Of a DNA stretch of 64,000 bases, positions 56,379 through 64,000 are shown piece by piece. The position numbers and the translations under genes were made by a program. The notes beneath the pieces were generated by a model, which was not told the origin of the DNA, did no database searches, and was given only the letters and a program-made list of their open reading frames with translations. The stretch lies in the NCBI RefSeq assembly GCF_009914755.1, contig NC_060944.1. One strand, 5' to 3'. The first letter of the stretch is position 1, and each line of letters starts with the position of its first letter. Source of the stretch: the human T2T-CHM13v2.0 reference genome, Homo sapiens.

Positions 56379-59300
56379 CCTGTGGGGTTTGGGGGTTTTT
56401 TGTTTTCCCCTCTGTGGTAGAAGGAGGCCTAAGTTCCCAATACCCTCACCTCTGGGAACAGAGCCCCAAGTACGAGTGCGGTAGGAGGGGCCCCACATCC
56501 CCAACATCAGCTCCTCCCTTCTCCTGGCTGCCCAACAGCCCCTGCACACCCTCCGTTTCTCGGGAACTTCTGGCTGTTCCGGAAGTGGAGATGGTGAGGA
56601 AGGGGATGTCCTTGGGATGCCCATGCCGCACCCACACTGCAGGCTGGGCCAAGGCTGCCCGGCCCCATGCTGTGGTTCCCCGCACGTGGCTGCTTCTCGG
56701 GAGAGACCCGTGCACGGGTCTCCAGTGACTCACCCTCTCCGTGGCACATGTGGCAGGGAGTGGGTCGGCTCAGGCAGGAAACACCAGGGGCTTGCCACAA
56801 TCGCCAGTCTGTCCCCAGTGCCCCCGACACCTATGTGCCCCCAGCCCAGGTCGGGGGTCTCTGCTGGCCTCCTTGCACCCTGGTCTTTGTGACCAGGGAA
56901 ATGGCCACATCAGATCAGCGGCATTAGTTGTGTCCCCACCCCTGCCCACCCTCTGGCATGAGTTCCTGGGCGGCAGGGCTGAGTGCATGAGAAGAGGCGG
57001 AGACACTGCTGCCCAGACTAGGCCTCCCTCTGGCATCCCTCCGGAGACCCCAGGGGTCCCCCAGTTCAGCCTGGTCCCTCGGGGGGCTGTCGGGAGCCAA
57101 AGAGCTTGATGCAGGTGCTGCGATCCAGCGGGTGGAGGGGGAGGCATAATTAGCTGTCACCAGAGGAGTGAGTCAGGCACCACTCGTAGCTTTGAGTCAG
57201 CCCCAAAGGGGAAGGGGACACAGCCAAGGTCACATGCCAGCAAGTTGGGCCTGGTCTCCCTGAGCACCTCCCACCCCTCCCCATGCTCCTCCTGGAACAA
57301 ACTGGGCCTGCTCCAGGCGGTAGCTCTGAGGAGAGCTGGGAGGCATTTCTATCACCCATTGCACAAAGAGGGAAACTGAGGCCAGAGAGGGCACTTGCTT
57401 CCTCTGTGCAATCCTCCCTGTCTGCACAGCTCTCTGTTCAGGTCCTTAAACCTTTACCAGGCTGCTCCCCACCTCAGGACCTCGGCCCGGCCATCTCTTC
57501 TGCCCAGAACACTTCCCCAGTTCTTATCCATCAAGACTCTCCACCCGAGTGTACTTTTCAGAGGAGCCTTCTGTGACCTTTGTCTTGACCCCTGGTTTTC
57601 TCTGTCCCAGGCCCTTGGGACACTTATCATGACTTACAATTGTTTTGCCAGTTTTGTCTCACCCCCTTGCCAAGAGCTCAGCGTCCTCATCTGTCTTGTT
57701 GACTGCCCCAACCCCAGCCCCTAGCAAAGTGCCTGGCATGTACCAACGATGGTGATGCCTGGCACTCACTGATATGCACCGTGTGCCAGGCACCATGCAA
57801 CCACCTCCGAAAGCCTTTGTTCCCGCAGTAACCCTTTGAGAGAGGTGCGGTTTCCATCCTTCCTGGTTTAGAGATGAAGAACGACGTGCAGGGGGCCACA
57901 GGCCTTGCTGAAGGGCACGCGGCTCCCGCGGGGAGGAGTTGGTGTCTGATCTCCCAGATCTGCACTTGGGTGGCCCACTGGGCTGCCACCCCCTCAGTCC
58001 CTCTGCTCTAGTGCACACAGTAGGTGCTTGGCAAATATTGGGTGGGTGAACAGATGGGAGAACAAGCTTCTCCCAGAGTCACCCAGACATCGGGGGAAGG
58101 GCGGGCCTGTCGTCCCAGCTTCCGCTCTCCAGCATTTTCCTAATGCTGCTGGGGCGCCGTCCCCAGCACTCAGTGGGCACCACCACAGCCTCCCGCCTTC
58201 CTGCAGGCTGGCAGAGCAGGCTCAGCTCCCCAGGCACACTTCATTCGACTTTCTCCTCATTTCTTTGAGCAGATTGAAGAGTGGGAACAGCAGCAGGCTG
58301 TTGGATCGGGGTGTCGGGGACAAGAGGGTTCATTTCCCAGGAACCCCTGGTGGCCGGAGTGGAGCCCTGAAGTCCAGGTAGGAGGCTGTGCACATAGCCC
58401 CCCACCACCCTCTTTCTGGGCTGGGGTCTCCCCAGCGAGGGGCCAAAGGTCAGAACTTTAGAGCCAGGGGCCTCCATACATTTGCTGTGTGGTCTTGGGC
58501 AAGTCACTCCTTCTCTCTGTGCCTCAGACTCCTCTTTGGCAAAGTGGGGCACAAGATGGCTCCTATCTCTTCATCCCACTGCAAGAACCTGGAAGCCAAG
58601 GCACGGCCTCCAGAAGGGATAACGGGAGTGCTTGTTGGCTGAATGGAGTTGGGGGCTGGATAGACAGGGTAGGCCAGTGAGTGTGTCTGGGTAAGGGCCT
58701 ATCAGGGAAAGGGGAGTCTGTTTGGGGCTGGAGGCCTCAGCCCAGTAGGTTCCCAGCCTTGAAGGCCAGGCCCAGCTCCCACCAAGGCCCCATGACAGCC
58801 TCGGTACTACCAATGCTGATGAATGCCTGGGCGCCAGCAGCCACCCCGCTCAGTGGAATCAGCTGTGATTTATGGGATTGGGGCCCGCAGGGAGCAACTG
58901 TCTGAGCTCAGAGAAGCCTCAGAAAAATGGGTCAATGCAGGGCAGGGCTGGGATGGAGGTAACCTCTGCCAACTGGAAAGGCTCAGAGACTGGCTCCTCT
59001 GCCGCATAGTCCTGGTGGGGAAACTGAGGCCCATGGAGGGGCCTTTGCTGGCAGAGAGGCCCTCTAGTGGGCAGCAGAAATCAAAAGCCAGAACTAGTGT
59101 CCAGTACTGGGAGGTACCTTATAGACTTCAGGGTAGCCAGGGAAGGCCTCTCAGCAGAGGCGACATTTGTGCTAGGCCCTGAGGCATGAGAAGGAGCCAT
59201 GCTGGTAGGAGGTGAGCTGGTGGTGGGAGCAGCAAGGGCCTGAGCTTGGAGGTGGGACAGAGGCTGGCACGTTCAGGAAAGAACAAGGAGGGCAGGGCAC

Positions 59301-60479
59301 CTGAGGGACTGAGTGAGGGGGAGGGGAGAGGGAGAGGATGCTAGAGAGGAGCGGGGACTGCTCAGCCCTGAGGGGCCTTCTGGCCCTCAGCCCCAGTTTG
59401 GGCCTTTTCCTAAGTGCCCTGGAAAGCCTCTGAAGTGCCGGCAGCTCACCGGCTCACATTTTACAAAGACCCCTCTGGCCTCTGTGAAAGTGAATTGGAG
59501 CAGCATGTGGAAGGCAGGGAGTCTGAGGAGACGGCTGCAGACATCGTGGCAACGAACAGCTGTGGCTTGGACCCAGGGTGGCCAAGAAAGACCCAAGCCT
59601 GGGAGCTAGAATTTGTCCCTGGGATTCTAGTTTAAGCCACTCATCTCCTCTGGGTAGTGACCAATTTTAATGTCTCAAAACTGTGATCCCTTGATGCCCC
59701 ACACCAGGGCCCAGGAACCGTGTTTCACAGAGTCAGTGCCACATCATACCAACTTTATGATGTGCTCAAGGTCACCCAACTTGGAAGGAGCAGAGCTGGG
59801 ATGGGAAGCTGGGTTTCTTAGTTCCACCGCTTTTTAATGCCTCATTTGCCCCTATTCCCACCGGAGGTGAAAGCTGCACCTCCTCAAGGAAAAAAAATGG
59901 ATTTTTGAGGCTACCAGGTACCCCCCCCCAACCCCCCGTTGGGTGAATTTGAACTATATCTGTGTCTGCACGCATGCATGCACACACTTCACTCAGCAGG
60001 AAATTTGGGACAGGAGCAGCTTGGGTGCATGTCTGGGCCTTCTCCTTGCTGGGAAACCAGGCCAGAGCTGGAGAGGCCCCAGCAGCACTGCTCTGGTGCC
60101 ACCCTCTCCCCGGTACTCAGATGCCTGCTGGCAAGGGCACTGGTGGGCCCCGAGTGGCTGCTGGCCCGTGGCTACAGCTGACACACATTGTCTCTGAGCT
60201 ACTTCATGTTTCTGCCTTTGACAGAGAACCCTCCAGCAGAGCAGTGGGATCACTACTGAGGGAGCTGCCTGCCTGCTGTTCCGGCCATGGGGGTGCAGGG
60301 GAGTGCTGTTCACCTTGCCAGGGGAGCCTAGCATAGACCATCAGGAAAAAGTCTGTGCCGGGAGGTGGAACTGTGGGTTTTCTGGGTGACTCGTGGTAAA
60401 TCAGGTCCCTCTCTGGTCCTCACTTCCCCCATCTGAACAGTGGGAGTGTGGTGGGATAGATTCAGTGATTTCAAACCTA

Positions 60480-60890
60480 ACCTGGTCTGAATCTCTGCTC
60501 CCGACTCTTCACTAGCTGTGTGACCTTGAGCAGTTAACTTCACCTCTCTGAGTCTCAGAATATTCATCTGTATTCTTATCCCCATTTTCGTACTTACTTT
60601 ACCCGACTGCTGGGAGTAGAAGCAGGTAAAATTCTTGGAAGACCAGGCACACAGCAAGCACCCAAGCAAAGTCAGCCTCCCGAAATAATAACAAGTCCAC
60701 AATGTAACAGTGATGGCTGATGCTTACTGGGCCCCTCCATCTACCACATGCCTCATCTGCACTTGGTCTTCACTACAGACCCGTGAGGTCAGTGCCCTTA
60801 TTCTCCCCAGTTTACATTTGAGGGAACTGAGGCACAAAAGAGGAGCTGGCCTGAGATCACATTGCTGGGGTGTGTAGAGCCCAGCCGACC
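60480..60890. mobile_element. Two MIRs in opposite orientation (+ ~60480-60680; - ~60710-60890)
   Basis: actagctgtgtgaccttgagcagttaacttcacctctctgagtctcag; cccagtttacatttgagggaactgaggcac. Confidence 0.7.
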
Positions 60891-61719
60891 ATGGCTCCCT
60901 ACCTGTCCCCAGGTACTCATCTTCCTTTCTTAATCCCCAACCTCCAGCTGCTCTTAGAAGTGTTTTCCAGGGGAACCCGGTCTTGGGAGCCTGGTTGGGA
61001 TTTCAGAACCTTGGACAGCTCCCAGTGGACCTGGGCCTCGGCTGGGCCTAGGGCCCTGGGTGTGAGGTCCTATTCAGTGGGATGAGACCCTCCACCTCAT
61101 CTTGGCCGTGTGGAGGCAGCAGGACTCTGGATGAGCCAGCAAAGCTAAGGGTCCCCCCTCCTTCCCTAGGCACATCGAGTCCACTGGACCCAGAGGCTCT
61201 TTGGGAGGGGAGGAGCCAGGGCCCTACTTCCATGTCTCAGCACCTCCACACCCCTCCTGGGCCTTGCCATCACCATGGAAACAGGTGGAGGATGCACTCC
61301 CAAAGACCCCACTTCAGGAACTTGGGCTTGGGAAGCTCAGGACTAAATTTGAAGGGACCTAAAGTCACTACTGCCTCTGTTTTCCCTCCAGCCCATTATA
61401 CAAGATGGGGAAACTGAGGCCTAGAGAAAGGAAGGCTGGATTCTTGACATGTCCCAGCTGGAAGGTTCCCAGGTATCAGCTGGCCCCACTGTTCCATTAT
61501 ATAGACGAGAGAACTGAGGCAAAGGGACCATCTTCAGAGAGGTGCCCCCTGCAATTGGCTTCTGGAGGAATCGCTTTTTTTCCTTCCTCACAGGTGCCAT
61601 AATTTGAAGCATGTGTTGTTTTTGTGTTTGGTATCTCTTCTCCTGCTGGTGGACAAACCAAGGTCAGGGCCATTTGTTTGTGGTCATATCCCAGGGTCTG
61701 GTACACACTGTGGCAGATA

Positions 61720-61940
61720 GAGCGTTGGCTCTGGGGCCAGCTGGCCTAAGTTCAAATTCCAGCTTCTGCCAAGGCTGTGAGACTTTGGGCAGGTCACTTC
61801 TCTTCTCTCTCAGGCTCTTCATCTGTGAAATGGGAGAATGATGGCATCTGCATCCCAGGCTTGTTTTGAAGATTGACTCAGATGGTATAAGCCTCAAGCC
61901 TTGCCTATGGCGAATGTACAGCCAATGTCAGCTGTTACTA
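61720..61940 (+). mobile_element. MIR
   Basis: gttcaaattccagcttctgcc...ctttgggcaggtcactt...catctgtgaaatggg. Confidence 0.75.
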
Positions 61941-61987
61941 TAGTCACCTGTTAGTGGGTGCCCAGGACGTATTTGTTGAATGAATGA

Positions 61988-62356
<369 letters not shown>

Positions 62357-63929
62357 CTCACATTTTTTTTCATTCCAGCAGACAATGACCTCTCACCTGC
62401 CTTGTCAGAGGGCCTTGAAATTTAGCATAAATTGTAATCCCTTGGAGGGACTTGATGCGAATCCCTGGCCTCACCAAGACCACTGGGATCCAGGGCTCTA
62501 TGGGCAGAGTCCAAGGACTGACGGCTGTGGGTACCCCATGCTTGTCCGTGGCTCTGGCACTATTGTGGCTGCCTCAGGGGGTTCAGTGAAGAACTGTGCC
62601 ATAGCCATTGTGCTGACCATGTGGGTGACATAGCCCTACTCACTGTTAGCAGGAGCTCTGCCCTCTGGGACAGGCACTGGAAGCCTAAGCAAGATGCTAG
62701 GCCCAGAGAGGAACCATCCGGGACACTCTCCTGGAAGCGGTGGGTTTCAGCCAGGCCTGAAAGAGTGGGACGGATGTTGCCCAGCTGAGATTGGCAGATG
62801 GCATTGTGGATGGGGGAACAGAGCCCACAAAGTGGTGCAGGCAGGAAAAACAGGTTGTGCCTGGTGTGTGGTGTGGGATGAGCTGGTAGATGATATATTG
62901 GGAGAAGTAGGTGGGATTTATCTGGATTGTCAAAGACTTGGAATGCTACATCTTATACAAGCCCCTTGATTTCCTCTCTCTGTTTTCCTTCTGTCACTTG
63001 AGTGTTTTAGGACCCATTTTTTTTTAATTCTATGACCCCAATTTCTACTCTTCCCCTCTACTCCAGTTCTTTCCCATCACCTCTCTCCTCTTAAAACTCA
63101 TGCATACCCTGACCTTTCAATCTGTTTCTCATGAAGTGAATCCATGCTGAAGTCACAGTGGCCAAAAATGAGTTGTCACAGGGCTGGGGAGGGGTTTCTT
63201 GTAACAGGGGCCTTCAGTACCTCGGCCCAAGACAGAGACTTCGGTGGTGGAAACTTGGGCAGCACACTGGGGACATTTGAGAGAACATTGACAGGTCTGT
63301 CACTCCAGTGTGTGGTGTGGGCATTTCCAGTCTTTTCCTCCTTCCTGAAGCTTTGCCTGTGCTACTCCCTGTGCTGGGCACTGTCCCTGCCCTCAGAGTG
63401 CTCTGTCTGGTTGGGGAGATGTGGTGGTGCAGGGCTCCCAGATCTCCTGGGGGCAGAACCTCAAGGAAGGCTGAGGATGGTCCATCATCAGCAACCCCAG
63501 CTCCCAGCTGGGGCCTGGGCCAGAGGGTCATTCAGAAGAGTGCTGACCCCCTATGTCTATGGACTTGACTAGAGTCAGGTAATAGGATCAGATTAGAAGC
63601 AAGGCTATTGGGGCTTAGAGGGAGGAAAGATGGATTCTTTAGTGTGTGTGGAAGGGGCAGAGAGAGAGGAGTCAGGGGGCAGATGGGGCCAGATCATGGG
63701 CCACTGAGCACCAGCATCAACCCAGGCCAAGAGAAGCTTGTTTGTCCATTCATTCAACTAGTATTTGTTGAGCACCCACCATGTGCCAAGCCCTGTGCTG
63801 GGGTGCTGTGGAAAATGAAACATGCTCACACAGGCTTGATGGTCAGGGCATGAATTTTGGCACTCTCATGGAAAAGCTGTGGGACTCTGGCTACAAGTGA
63901 CAGGAGACCTCAAAATAATGTGGCTTACA

Positions 63930-64000
63930 GGTTGGGCAACATAGCAAGACCCCGTCTCCACAAAAAAATTTTAAAAATTAGCCCAACATGGTGACATGCA
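63930..64000 (+). mobile_element. Partial Alu at the window edge
   Basis: tgggcaacatagcaagaccccgtctccacaaaaaaattttaaaaattagcc. Confidence 0.85.

Overview
Human genomic DNA. An Alu with all five AluYa5 diagnostic positions is present, and the window is GC- and Alu-rich with many MIR/L2 relics. I find no supportable protein-coding exon. All long ORFs in the track come from repeats, L1 ORF2 relics or the CpG island. Layout: (1) 1-20 kb is intergenic transposon graveyard, with a five-level nested L1/L1/L1/Tigger/Alu stack. (2) A CpG-island promoter at ~20.6-22.0 kb holds a non-coding + strand first exon ending at CAG|GTGAGG (21222/21223). (3) The remaining ~43 kb looks like one long first intron. 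I tentatively assign the gene as DLGAP4, from recollection only; BLAT is needed. The intron holds a ~2.5 kb degenerate (GT)n array, a 27-bp minisatellite, a ~345-bp pyrimidine tract, and a near-pristine AluYa5 with a 22-bp TSD sitting head-to-head with an older Alu. It also holds a perfect 19-bp-arm palindrome built from two POU heptamer-octamer-like sites. Several old repeats carry locally templated filler insertions at deletion junctions, which look like DNA-repair scars. I cannot support a new multi-gene system here. The best leads are the POU palindrome, the UG array and the repair scars. Repeat family names are by eye from remembered consensus sequences, and boundaries of old elements are approximate.
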